From Podarcis tiliguerta (Eukaryota), in NCBI GenBank assembly GCA_965153285.1, contig OZ229110.1: a DNA stretch of 64,000 bases; one strand, given 5' to 3'. Positions 13,307 through 27,500 of this stretch are shown in pieces. Both the position numbers and the translations under genes were made by a program. The notes beneath the pieces were generated by a model that did not search any database, was not told the DNA's origin, and was given only the letters and a program-made list of their open reading frames with translations. How positions within the stretch are numbered: position 1 is the stretch's first letter; every line of letters starts with the position of its first letter.

Positions 13307-16300
13307 TCTGTTGGTTGAAAGCTATAGAAAGAAATCAAAACGTTTTACCACCAGTCACGGAAAACACCTCCCACCTGTAGTGCAGCAACAGGAGCAAATC
13401 ATATTTTGTGTACCGTTCCATAACATAAAGCCTGAACTGAAAACAACTGGAGCAGTCCCATGGGTCACTAAAATATATCACCATGATATAAACTTTATAC
13501 CATAGTTTGTGAAATGATGTATATGGCAGAGGTGCTGTGGGCATTGGTGTTGATAACAGAAACTGAATATGGCTATCTTTCATTTTCCAAAAGTGCTTAT
13601 TCCGATTTATTTCCATTGTGCTTCTTGAAGAGGGGAAAAAAGTCTCACACCAAGTCTGATTTGGGCAACAGACTTGCAGATGTAATGAAAAATCCCAGTT
13701 TCACATCTGCAGCAAGACTCAATTATATATTGCCCCCGCTTAAAGAGGGAACACATGATATCAAATGGACCACTGCCTATATTACAGTGGTACTTCGGGT
13801 TAAGTACTTAATTCGTTCCGGAGGTCCATTCTTAACCTGAAACTGTTCTTAACCTGAGGTACCACTTTAGCTAATGGGGCCTCCTGTTGCTGCCGCACTG
13901 CCAGAGCACACTTTCTGTTCTCATCCTGAAGCAAAGTTCTTAACCCGAGGTACTATTTCTGGGTTAGCGGAGTCTGTAACCTGAAGTGTCTGTAACCCGA
14001 GGTACCACTGTATTATGCACAAGATATGGGAGCTCTTCCTTGGCAACATCTGAATAGCCTTATGACTTTTGGACAGAAGATGAGGAAGTCTGTCCATTGT
14101 CTGCCTCAGAGTAACGTCCACCTGAATGAGTGAGGCTGCTGCTAAGGTCATCTAACTTTGTAGCTGGCATGCTGTATTTCAGGAATCACCCTCCAGTAAG
14201 CTCTAGAGACCTCACCACAGATAAGGTCTGCAGTCCCTTACTTCACATCCTCTGCAGGAAAAGGACTGTCACTAAGAGAGCACATGTGGAAGAAAATCAC
14301 CTTCCCCTCAGCCCCTTCTTCCAGCCTGTCTCTGCATCTAAGCCTATGTAATTTCATAACCTTGTGCTCAGAAACGGAGCATTTATTATTGATGGTGTGC
14401 TTTATAGTATATTTCTATTCTAAGAAACGTAGATAGAACATTGACGGATGGTTACCTGCAAGGCCACACGTATGTGAACATTCTGACCAGGCGGACCACT
14501 CAGAGAACTGGCAGCTGACGACGCATTCCACAAGGCAGTCAACAACCATTTGTGCAGGGGTTTCCAAATTTAGCTGTAAGCAAGCAGAGAATGAGTTACT
14601 TGTCACCAGTGGCTGGGAAGGAATGAAAAATGCTTCTAGCTTTTAGCAAGCCAACACCCATCTAAATGAATTAAGGTGGCTTGCTTGGGTACGCCACCCC
14701 CCTCAAAGGTGTTCCCGTTATGCCACTAACTGCACCTGGACTGTGTGGTCACAATGTAGAAACACTCTGTGCAATCCTATACATGTCTACTCAGAAGTAA
14801 GCCCCATGGACTTCCAATGTATAACTCATGTGTGTGTTGCATCCACCTTGCACATTGCTTTCAAAGACAAGGACAAAAACAGTGGCAAAACCTTTGAAAG
14901 ACCACTTGCTAGTCACTCCTGCATCTAATGAAAAGAACAAGAAAAAAAGCCAATTGTGTAACACGGGTGTAGGCCTAAAATTTTTCCAGGTTTTACCCTA
15001 CATGTGTCTTTCTTGGGTTTTGGATCCTACACAGGCTACAAATGAAGATCCTAGGACTGCAATGAAACCATATCTAGAAGATTCAGAATGCTGAGCTGCA
15101 TGGTAACCAGACAGCAGCAAGAGGAATAAATAATTACTAAGAAAATTTCAACTCATTTAATGAGACAGATGAGATTTTTTAAAAACCAAGCTTTGCTGGA
15201 AAGCCAGATTCTTTCCTACATGGCACAAGTCCTACATGGCACATCCTACTGCTGCACACCTGCACTAGTGGTATACATGAAACCTTACCTGCTCACAGTA
15301 GGTCATAGCCACGACTTTCCCATCACTCCGAACACAGCTCAGAAGGCGATTCCTAATCCCTTGTCCACAGGTTGCATTTTCATTTAGCTGGCATGTGCTC
15401 CAGTCTATAAGAAACGTCAGCAATTAGTTATGCCATCCGCTGTTGGAGAAATCTTTAATTTCTAAGCTTGATGAAACTATATTTGCTTGATAGGAGCATA
15501 CAGAAGTCAAGGAAAGAGGTTATTATTATTATCATTATTCTTAAATTATGCCTAGTCACCTATGGACAATCTGAAGTGGCCCTGAAAAATAACACACACA
15601 CCCCGAGTATACTGCAAATTGTCCAGTGGTGATAAAATGTAGGATTTAAAAGCAGTCCATGCATTATCAAGTTCTAGACTGTCCCCTGGATAATAAAGTT
15701 ATAACCATTTTCTGAAGTGTTACTGCTTCAAAGCAAAGCTTGTCACAACCTCCAATTGAATTTTGTCTGACAAAGCAAGCCATGTTTCATTCTAAAAAAT
15801 AAAGTGCTTTTGAAACATTAATGTCTTCTTCAAGCCAGTGTAAACAATTTAAAGAGGCTGTTGATCTTCACTGTATCATTCTGCAAAGGTAATGTTGAAA
15901 ATGACTATAAATCATAAGTAATTGGAAGTCTCTTCCATCTTCAAAGTGTAAGTAAAAAGATTATTCACCAAGGTGTTGTGCTTTTGCCTCTCAATGCTCT
16001 TTAAAATGTTCAGTTTGTATGGATGGATGTGTTTTCCATGCTGGTTACCAGAATATGAAAATCAAGCCATATTCTTTCCTATTGACTTTTGAAGAATTTT
16101 CTAAACATACACACAACTTCATAGCTAACTTCACACCAAATTAGATGTAAAACTCTTGCATATGTGGCATTCCCCATTCATTTCAATGGGGAAAAGTTGT
16201 CTATACACCTTATTTTGCATGCACAGAGATTACCCAATGTTACAATGAATGGAAAAATCTAGTACTGGCTTTTGATTCTGCACTCTATGCATGGCAGTGG

Positions 16301-19300
16301 GTTTTGCACTAGGACATTAAGTTTTGCTTCTGCTGAATATATCAAGAGGTGATGGTTTCATTTGCTTCTATGCTGTTACATGCCTATCTCTATGGAGAGA
16401 GTGCACCAAAGTGATACACAGCAATGATCCTAAGGTAAATGCTACTGAAATATAATGTTTTGTAAAAGCCCTAATGGAACACTTTCCCCATTTATTTTGA
16501 ATCACCAGCAGCATCCTTATTTAATGGTCAAAGTTGGACATTTGAATTTTGCCTCTGCATAAACCTTTACAACCCACTTAGGACTCCCTATCCCCAAAAA
16601 AGGAAAACTTAAACAAAAATACTCCTATTTTATTTTGTCTGCAGTTCTTACTTCAGGACAAAAACTCGACAAGCTTTGTGGGGACTTAGCCTGCTATTTC
16701 CACCCATACCACGGTCTTGAACCACATCAATGCCCTCGACAGCTGCTATTTAGAGACACTTGCACATACAAATATATATAATATGTTAACATAATATGTT
16801 ATTTTGAACTCAGTAGGACTTATCTTTAAGTAAACATGCATGACATTGGGCTCTAAGGAGGCAGTAACTGAAAACACAGGTAATTGTAGCTAACGACTTT
16901 TAAATGCAGGCAAGCTTCTAAATGTTTCCTGGACACATGCATATATTTTTAATTGCCCCCCCCCCCATAAAGTGTGTTTCAGGGTCCAAAGTACTTTGTT
17001 TTTCCAAAGTTTCAAAAAACTAACATCTAAATAAAGGTAGTAGACAATCTATATGCTTTGCCGAAAAGCAAGAACTTGGCATAAGTCACCTAACAAGCCT
17101 TGGGGTCTCTAATGCTCAACCACTTTGCCATCACCTCTCTCCACATCAGATACAGGCATAGCACTAAATTCTGTTCCAGCAAAAGTGAAGGGTTCTTACC
17201 TGTTAAATTGTAGTGAAACTGAAAACAATTTTGATTCAGGACACACGGTCGCATTTGTGAACCATCAGGGCAGGTCTTGGGATTTAAAGGAGACCTCAGT
17301 ACATGCCGAGTCCGTGTTTGCATTATATTGGGATCACATGGCTAGGGGGGAAAAGAGTTAAGGTAAAGATTACCTATATGTTAAAAGATGTGTATTTGAT
17401 TTTTTGTTAGCAGATCTTGAGTGATTTCCTAAGTAAATGGAAAGGACTTTGTTGTACCTGCTTGTGAACAGAAATGGTCAATGGGATATTCTCTTGTATT
17501 CCCCATCAAATCTGCTCATCAAATTCTCTAGCAATGGGAAAAAATGCTACATCTGTTTTCTTTCATCAACTTTTCATGCTATACTAGAGAAGGACTGGAA
17601 TTCCTGATGGTATTATATCAGGCACCCCCAATCTTGACCCTCCACACGTTTTGGGGCTACAACTCCCATCATCCCTAGCTAACAGGACCATAGGTCAGAG
17701 ATTATGGAAATTGTAGTCCCAAAACATCTGGACGGCCAAGTTTGGGGATGCCTGTATTAGATGGTGTCTGCCTCAGAAAACATCTCCCATCATTCTCAAA
17801 AATCAGTAAGAAGTCACATTTCTATAAAAGTCAGACAGCAATAGAACACACACATTTTTTAAAAAAGAAATAACAGCCTTTTAGTGTAAAAGAAAATTGG
17901 ATGTAGATTTACTGAAAAGTAATGTGTGTTAGAAGTTGCAAACATGTTCCAACCCAATCAGCAGGAAGACGATAGACTCAAATCAAGTTCCATTGGCCAC
18001 TGACCCTGTTAAACAAATCAAATTCATTTTCTCATTGCATGTGCCTACTTTATCTAGCAATGAATAAATGTAAGCAAAGAACCATTAGATTGGAATGAGC
18101 CAAAACTCTAGCTATTACAACCATTACCATTAAAATGATACACTTTTCCTACTAAGTAAATGAGGAACTAGTAAACCTCCCCAGTTAAGGCTTTCTTCAG
18201 GAGATGAACCAAGAAAGAGAAACTGAGACATGAAAGTTTTACATGGCTGTGGGTTGGTGGAAGGCTGGCAGACTGAACATGTCATACTGTTACTGATTTA
18301 ATGTACATAAAGTTCAATTAATAGTTTCTTAAACTCATAAATAGATGAATATTGCAAGCAGTATTGGGTGTCAGACCATATGTGGCTCCCTTGGGATTGT
18401 GGCTTGGATGAAATGGGAATAATCCAGTTCTTTTTGTTACCTTGAGAGAGGGTATGTGCCCATGTGGGGAAGGTGTAAATGCTACAAATGTTTCTTAGCC
18501 AGCCACATCGGAGGAAGGCCAGCTAAAGTTCTGATGTGGTTTAATGACCAGCTACTTTGCAGATTCAGAACAGGTGTAGTGCACCTACCTAAGACTAACC
18601 TATCTCATTATATGGCACTCTCTTCAACAAAAGCAGCAACCCTAACACACTGAAAAGGAAGTTAAGATGCATCAAACACAGTCAGAATTGCTTCCAAGCA
18701 ACCTGTACAGAATTGCTACTTCCTGCTGCTACTATTGCAATCAAACATGCCAAGAAATGGAGAATTCTTTGTTATTGCTGTATACAAAATATTAAGCTGA
18801 TTGTCCTGTTAAACATGGTTATGCCTCAGAGTACCTTGTTGTAGGATGAGACATTTTGCAGATGACCCCTTGACTGGCCATGAGAAATCCTGCCCGTCGG
18901 CTGGGGTAAGAAGATGAGGAATGCAACATGTCCCTGTCTGCCCCAGGACACAATTGCATGGGGACCTCTGAGCAGCGGCCAAGTGAACAGGCAGCGACTC
19001 CAGTAGTTCAATAGCTTCAGAAGCTCATAAAGGGCAATTATGTCAGCATACACTTGTAAGTGTCTTAACCCACTACACTCCATCATGATGGTAGTGACAC
19101 TGGGGCTAATGGGGGTTACTTAAGTGATTAAGAATGGCAGAATTATGCCATAAAATAGTGGCAAATTCTAGACCATTTGACATCAGTAGCAGCACTGTTA
19201 TTGATTCCAAGTGAAGTGAAATGAGACAAGCAATGAAGAGTAGAGCAGGGGAGAGATGCTTCTAAATACTGAAATAAAATCCACATAAAAAGTTTAGTTA

Positions 19301-21482
19301 GATAGCCTTGATTATATTTAACTGATGGTAATGAGCTTGTGCCTCCTCACTGGGTGGGGAGAAAAGAAATCAAAGGACTTTTTTTTAAGTGCCATGAGCT
19401 GGGCAAGTACTGTAACAAGAACAACACAAATCCTCTATCTCCCCCCCTAAATATTGAGGATTCTTTCAGCAACATCCTTCCATAAATCACATTGAGGGTT
19501 CTATTTTTCCTATTTAAAAGCTCATTAACTACAGAGACAGAAGTGTTGTTTTTATTTTTTTTAAAGAGCGCATGCTTTTATTGCCTTGTAGCTGTCATCG
19601 AAGGCAGAACTTGAGAAGAAGAGACAGGCAGAGTCAGAGCATGAGAACAGACTCATTTTTCCTCCTGAATATTCAGCTGAAGGCTTGAGCCATTACAGCT
19701 CAGAAGTTAAATTCTGCTGTGGCTTTAGCCCAATATACTTCTGGCACAGCTCCAGCTGACTGCAGTGCATATATTTCTGCACCCTACCATATAAGAAAAG
19801 CGAGACAGACAACAGAGGCTGGTTCCAAGTGTTGGATAGCTCTTGGAGAGCTGCCAGGGGAGATGCAGCCCCCTGTTCTCCCAGAGTTAAGCAAATGCCA
19901 TCAGGTGCTTACAGTTATCTATCACCTTGTGGTATAATTTCACACAGAAAGTAACCTTATTGAAACCTCTGCTGCTACCTGGGGTATGGTCACCCAGATA
20001 CATCTAAGGTAAGCCATTACTCTTAATTACCTGAAAACTAATCCCATTGCAAAGTGTTTACGAATCGTTTATTACCTTTCATGCAATTAATCTGATTGTT
20101 TGTCCTTGCAGGCAAGAACTGTAGCATAAATGATTTGCCAATAAAAATCAAAGAGAAGTATCTCGCTAGGTGCTCCCAATTAAAGCTCTACTGCATTTGC
20201 TTTGCTTTGTTAAAATCAATCATCGTGCTGCAGGAAGGAGAGAGGGCCCAGCTGCTGAATGACCACTCCTGGCTTCTTTAGCATGAAAACATGCACTGAC
20301 AACCGTTCCATGGAGAAATACAAAATTCAAGGAAAAAGAGCAAATTGGAAAAAATTAAGACAACAAAATCTCAACTTTTAAAACTGAAAAATAGAAAGAT
20401 TAAAAGCCAAATACATCCATGTTGCTGACAGAAGGCAAAGGGCACTCCCCACAAAAGTGTGTTTGAGTGTGTGTGTGAGAGAAAACACACGTAGGGAACA
20501 GCTGCTCCTTCTGAAGACCCCAAGGTGGGGCAGGACAGGTGAAAAACACCTTGACAGGCATGGTCGCTAATGGTTTTGCAAGGTGAGTGCCGCCTTTGAA
20601 CAAAGTTGCTTTCCTGCTCTTTAGGTGTGTCTGGTGGTAGCTTATTACCATCAGACACAGGAAGTGGGGATAAATTAAAACACAGTAACAATACAACACT
20701 TTTTGAATACCATCACTAAAATAAACAACACTGGCATTCGTACTACGCCTGTTACTGGGGTTAAAGGAAGAATTATGGAACCTCAAAAAAATTCGCCTGC
20801 ACACCTGCATTTCTATATATGCTAGAGAGCCAAACATCTTGAAGTAACCTTCAAAGAAGTGAGAGCTTGTGGGAAATCGCCAAGTGCTACTTCAAATGTG
20901 GATTTTGATATACATTTGGATCTCATGCTTAAGCAAACAGTGACTAGTTTTAATATCCCAGTTTGTTTTGGGGTGCAAGTAACTGAGCAGAAAGATTGGG
21001 GGGAAGCCCTATTCATTCAAACATGGAACATGCCAAGTTTGTTTAACTGTAGGGTGGTAGTGGTAGTGGTCACAGGGCTATGTGAGTGAGTCTCATCACC
21101 AATGTGCCTAACAGGTGTGCTCCCACCAACTGTGCATTCGGCACATGTCTAAAGGGACTCTCTGTGCATGCCAATGCATTGTTTGTTGTTACCTTACATT
21201 CATATCCCACTTTTATTCTATCATAGAACCCAAGGCACTGTACGTGTGACTCACAGGTGTTCACTCATCCAGACACTGACCAGATCCAGACCTGTTTACT
21301 CATGAGTCTTGAGACCACACACTGGAGCCACATGCACTGCAGCTCCTCTGCAGAAGAGGACTTCCCTGTCCCTATCAAAGCCACCGTATTGAGTAGCTCC
21401 ACATTGGTACATGTAATGATCACCTTTTCATGCATGAACATGATGTTTTAACAGCTACCCCAATTAATTGGTCATGTTTTAC

Positions 21483-21516
<34 letters not shown>

Positions 21517-24500
21517 CTGCAAGATTTAACACAGAAATGTGTTTGGGGACCAAATAGACAAGACACCAGGAATACATTTGGGAGGAAAGAGATCTACCAA
21601 AAAATGCTCTTTAGGTACTGATGTGTGTTGTTTACAGTACTATCTAAATACCTTCTCTGTGAGCAATCTGTAATTCTTCTCTGTCTAGTTTTTCACACAG
21701 CCCTCTCAACTGCTGGCTACAAAGGTTGTAGAATGCTCACTGCCCCTGCAATTTATTGGAATGCTTGCATATGGAACCAGGAACATGATGTTTAACAAGC
21801 TATTCATAATGAAATGTGCAAGTCAAGGCTTGTGCTGCAGAAAATGCTTTTGCAGAGAAGGGATTTGACCACTTCTAACTGCTTAATGAACCATACAAAA
21901 CAATCTGCATGCAGATGTGAACACCCAGTGTAACAATTTCATAAGCTATTTACAACATGAGCTCTGTTTTTTAACAAATAAATAAATAAATATAGATCCA
22001 CAGTCAAATCTGTAATGGCATTTTGAACTTTCTTGGGTCCCAGCAAAAAGCAAATCTTACCCAAAGGACATGTATATATGTGTGAGACAGAAAATCTATT
22101 CATATTCAGGCTTTTCAGTGTTACTATATAACATTTATTAATATTGTGTTTGGCCAAGAGTGGACTAATATTAATACTTTTGCAATCTTCATGAAAAAAA
22201 TTGTGCTCTATTACATGTCAACTGCAGTTACAGTCACTTACATAGAAGTAGCTTCCACTGAAATGAATGAAACATACTTCTATTCAATTGCCCAAATCCA
22301 CAGAGCTCTGCCTGGGTGGAGATCACCCAATATTTTTCTGTTGTGAGAAAGGCTCCACCATTAGGAATGGGACCGATGCGGATTGTGTGAAGCACTTTGG
22401 GTATATTGAAATTGCATGGAGCTTTGGATAGTGTCTGTTTTGCTTGCTTATTGATGTTCTTTTAATTTGTATATCTGCCATCATAAATTATTCCATGGGG
22501 AGCTTACAAAAAATATAGCGACAAAAATGATTAAAATAAAATAGAAAAACTTGTAGAATTCGGTGCCAAACTCTCCCAATTGTTCTTTCAGCACAGACAT
22601 TGCAACTTGCTAGATCAAACAATCCCATCCCTGCTTCCTCCACACACTGTTCTGGGGGTTCTCCTGACCTTTCCCTGGAACCAATTTCAGGGGCTGTTTG
22701 GAATAAGTCGGGGAAAGCCCCACTATTAAGATTTAGGTAGGTATATAAATTTGACAGGAGGCGATCTTTCATGTAATCTGGTCCCAGGATAATCACATTT
22801 TATAGGACTGTGCACATGCATATGCAGCTTGTGTTGAAGAAGTACCTAGATGTGTGGTAAATGTCTTACAAAATACTTCTAATAGTGAACGTGTACACAC
22901 ACACACACACACACACACACAGCCCAATGCTATTCCTCTGAGGCAGTGAAAGAACTCTAGAAATACATTACAGCAATCTTTCCTTTTGGATCAATGCTAG
23001 GTTTTATCCTCAGTGCAAGAACCCCAAAGCTATTGGTTAGCATGTTGCTGCATTTTCTTCAGGGAAAGAGAAAAGGCTGGAATAATAGATCTTTGGGGAT
23101 TATAGGAGCCATAGAGACCATGGTTCAGCCTTTCCCAAGCTGGCTGGGGTTGATGGGAGCAGTAGTCCCAAATCTCTGCCGGCCACCAACCTAAGGAAGG
23201 CTGCCATAAGCTGTGACTGCCATAACTGAGCATGAGAGAGGCATAGAGGTTTCCTGGGAAATGCTTCCAAGAACAGGATCATATTGCAGCGTAAGTGTCG
23301 CATCAGTTCCTGCGGCCAAACTAGAATCACAGAATTTTAAGGTTGGAAGGTACCACAAGGGTCATCTAGTCCAACCCCTTGCAGTGCAGGAATATTTTGC
23401 CCAAGGTGGGGTTTGAACCCATGACCCTGAGATTAAGAGTCTTATGCCCTCCTGAGTACAGTGGTACCTCAGGTTAAGTACTTAATTCGTTGCAGAGGTC
23501 TGTACTTAACCTGAAACTGTTCTTAACCTGAAGCACCACTTTAGCTAATGGGGCCTCATGCTGCTGCTGCGCCACCGGAGCACGATTTCTGTTCTCATCG
23601 TGAAGCAAAGTTCTTAACCTGAAGCACTATTTCTGGGTTAGTGGAGTCTGTAACCTGAAGCGTATGTAACCTGAAGCGTATGTAACCCAAGGTACCACTG
23701 TATACTATTTTTGCTGTTTGTTTCTCAGTTCCAGTGCCACAGCCATTCAAATGGCTCTGTAAAAGTGATATTTAAGAAAATGAATTAAGCTACTAATCTC
23801 GTTTCAGATTTATGACCCAAAATACCCAGGGGATGCAGTAAAAAAAAACAAAAAACAAACCACTGACATGTGAACCTGTGTCTTTCTTCTGCTTTCAGAG
23901 TCATCCATCAAATAATTCAGGAACTTATATCTGATTTATGAAAATCTAAACCTACTTGATATGCATATAAGTCCACGAAGCTGCGGCTGATCCACAAGGA
24001 ACAGTAGCATTTCTTCTTTCATTCTGTTCCTTGTGCTATAAATTTACATAATTAAATGAACTGTTATCAAACCCTCCTGAATTAACTACTGTAAATGTTA
24101 ACAGTTGCTGAGAACAAGGAGGCCACTCAGATCTGCTATTGGGGTTATCAATTGTTGCAAGCAAGAAAGCTGACAGCTGATGCAATATATCTGAGATAAT
24201 TATTTCAGGGACTTGTAGCGCAACTTGCATATTAAGCTCAGTTTAAGAATGTTTTGACGAATTCAACTGAAGTCAATTAATTACATTTCCAAGTCAGATG
24301 AAGACGGAGTCAGGACACGACAGGTACTGCTATGTTACTTCAATGGTGAATATTTAAGGAGAGATGATAGCCTTTCAGTTGTCTGTGAAGAAGAAGCAAT
24401 CAAGTGGTGATGTGTGAACACACCGTTGTCACTGGAATTAATATGAAGCCTCTGAAGAAAAAGGTGTTTCGCTTTAATTTGCCAATGTTTATTGAAATAG

Positions 24501-27500
24501 ACAAGATGTGCATCCAGTCTGGATAGAAGAATTCCCCAGCTGGTCCTTTGGTAGGAAGAAGGAAATGGAATATTTGACTAGATTATAAATAATACAAGAA
24601 ACAACTATACTAATGTGGCATAGGTAGGGCCAAGATGGATGATATGTTAAATGTGTGTATGAATTTGATGCATCCGATTTTTATTATTTAAATAGCAAGA
24701 GTGTAAGGCCCTGATAGGGCTGTAACTGGTCACGTGAGGAAAGGGCATTTATCCCTTTCTCCACATGACCCAATCTTTAACCATCAGAGTCCCAGACCTT
24801 CCACACCACCCTAAATACTAAAATTCTGTAACTGAGCAGTTGTAGAGAAGAAAAGCTGCAACCTGATTAGCAGATTGTACATGTAGCACCACATAGCAAA
24901 TCTCATATACTGTCAGCTTTAACAAACTCAGCCAATTTATTGCTGGCACATTCAAAACATTTTTGTTTAAAACAGTTTTTCCCCAGACCAACATATGGCT
25001 ATTTTTGCCTTTGCTGAAGTATGTTTATATCAACAATGTGGTTTTTTTCCTCATTAGACATGCACAATGTCATATCCATGATATTGGTACTACACAGAGA
25101 TTTACAATGATTGGTTTTCCTCACCCTCCCAGTCATTGAAAAAAAGACCATTCTGGGGTGGAGGAAGCCAAAAAATAAAATAAAATAAAATAATGCCCAA
25201 TACTGTGAGAAAGAGAGCTTGCCAAGTACATACTTATTATAGTTCACAGGCCCACGAGGGGGCAGAATTCCACTCAAGTTGAAATGATTGCCTTGGGTGG
25301 TCCTGGCTAGAGATAATAAAAAGGCCAGGGTCTGGTCAAAAGACAGGGAGTTACTGACAGAGGCTGCTGCTCAGCTGGTAACTGGACTCATACAGTGGAA
25401 ATAGAAGGACTTAAAGAAGTGGCTCAGAGATGCTTACTGAAGCCTGAGAGGAGATGAGAGCAGACATCACTGGCTAGAGCTGAAGGAGGTTTGTTCAACT
25501 CCAAGGGCAGCCTTCAGAAGAGTTCTGCAGCTAAGTGCCAGTGGGATTGCTGAAAACCTGGGGCAGAGGGAAGACTGCAGCAGATGTCCTAAGAGAGGCA
25601 TGAGAGACTACAGAGGGAAGAAGTTGTAGACCTGACTGAAGACTGCAAGTATAGTCCGCAGTGACTGGTTGCTGAGTGTTAACTGAGGTGGATTGATACA
25701 GGGAAATTGGATAGAGGAAGGAATGGAAACTCACATAACTATTGTCTTAAGGACCCCTTGGTTGTATTTACTATAGTGACAGTAACCATGCAGTGTAAAC
25801 ATTCTTATTTAAAGCAACTATAACAAAAAGGAGTTAGCAATCTAATTATGAAGCACCTGTGCATACAAACAGTATATATTTATATTCGTAACTGTTATAA
25901 ATAAACTAAATCTACTTTGTATTTCATATTCAGATCTTTGCACTGTTTTGTCCTATGCTTATCCATAAGTACCTACTGGTGGTTAAACTGAAATAGAAAA
26001 CAGACGGTACTAGTACTTGGTGGCAGCTGTAACAAAGGAATAAGAAAAAAATAAGAAATAGGTTATAGATAAGGAGGGGAAACTAATTTGCAAGATACCT
26101 CTCCATAATAATTAATAAAGGAGTAGTTACTGAACCTACCAAATGCTAGCTAATTCCTAAATGTTCTTTATGACAATCCTCATCAAATTGTCAATATGTG
26201 TGTCTTCACACTTTAATCCTTTGGCCAATGAGTATGCCACAGGAGAGTACCCGCATCACTAATTAGTACTTCTACCAATTTACCCTTTAGAGATGCCTGG
26301 ATTCGCAGCTCATTCATTAGCTTGGGCTCTGAGGAAATATGATTATTATATTCATCAAACAAGACTGGTGGAATAGCTGAAAACTCATTTCCAAACAAAG
26401 GTTGCATTTATGATAATGTTTTTACATGGGTGGCAGTGCCCATGCATAAACCAAATCACTGTTGTAGATATCTGCCTTCACATAGTTTCCAGTTGACTAC
26501 ATTGTATTTAACAGCAGCATACAAAACTCTTCCAGGTGGGAGATTTCAAAATACTTCAGTGGGCCAAGTTTAATGGCAAGAACATAGCAAATTCTTGGTT
26601 TGACTTTGGCTATCCAACCACTGGGTATATTAATTGTACTGTACGCGGGTGGCGCTGTGGGTTAAACCACAGAGCCTAGGGCTTGCTGATCAGAAGGTCG
26701 GCGGTTGGAATCCCTGCAATGGAGCGAGCTCCCATTGCTCAGTCCCAGCTCATGCCAACCTAGCAGTTCAAAAGCATGTCAAAGTGCAAGTAGATAAATA
26801 GGTACCGCTGTGGTGGGAAGGTAAACAGCGTCCGCGACTAGACCTAACGGTCAGGGGTCCCTTTACCTTTACCCTCAAATGGTATCATGGAGAGAGTTTG
26901 TGCTCGTGGTCAATTTGCAGCACACATGCTGTCTCCGCTGCAACAACCTCTTGGTATTTCTTTGCACCAAGCTTTGTATCCACCTAGCTATCTTGTCACA
27001 CACATTAAGTGACAATCTTTTTGGTTTTTTTAAAGCAAAACAAAAATCCCCAAAGCAGCATCTTTGCTTCTAGGCTTTAATTAGTATCCTATAATGACAT
27101 TTTTATCAGAGAAAAGAAGTAATCAGTGTTTTTCTCCTAGAATATCTCCTTGTATCTTTTCACTTGGTATTATTTCAGCAGGTTTCCTGTCTGAGCAGCA
27201 AAAGGTAAGTTCCTAATACTTTATACTGACAAACATGTAATTTAGAAAATAGCCAAGAGTTTGAAATACAGAGAAGTAATTTACCTTTGGGCACTGGCTC
27301 CAGCGACCCCACTCAGACACAACACACTCACTGGGACAGTAGAGGGTACACTTTTGTCTTTCAAGGGGGATTTCGGACTGATTACAGAGCATGTTGGCTA
27401 CAGACTCGTCACTGCCGTCTTCGGTGGTATTTATACATCTACAGAGGGAAAAATGTGAAGTGAGCATCCCGTCAAGAACAAAGAGATTAAATCAGTCTTT

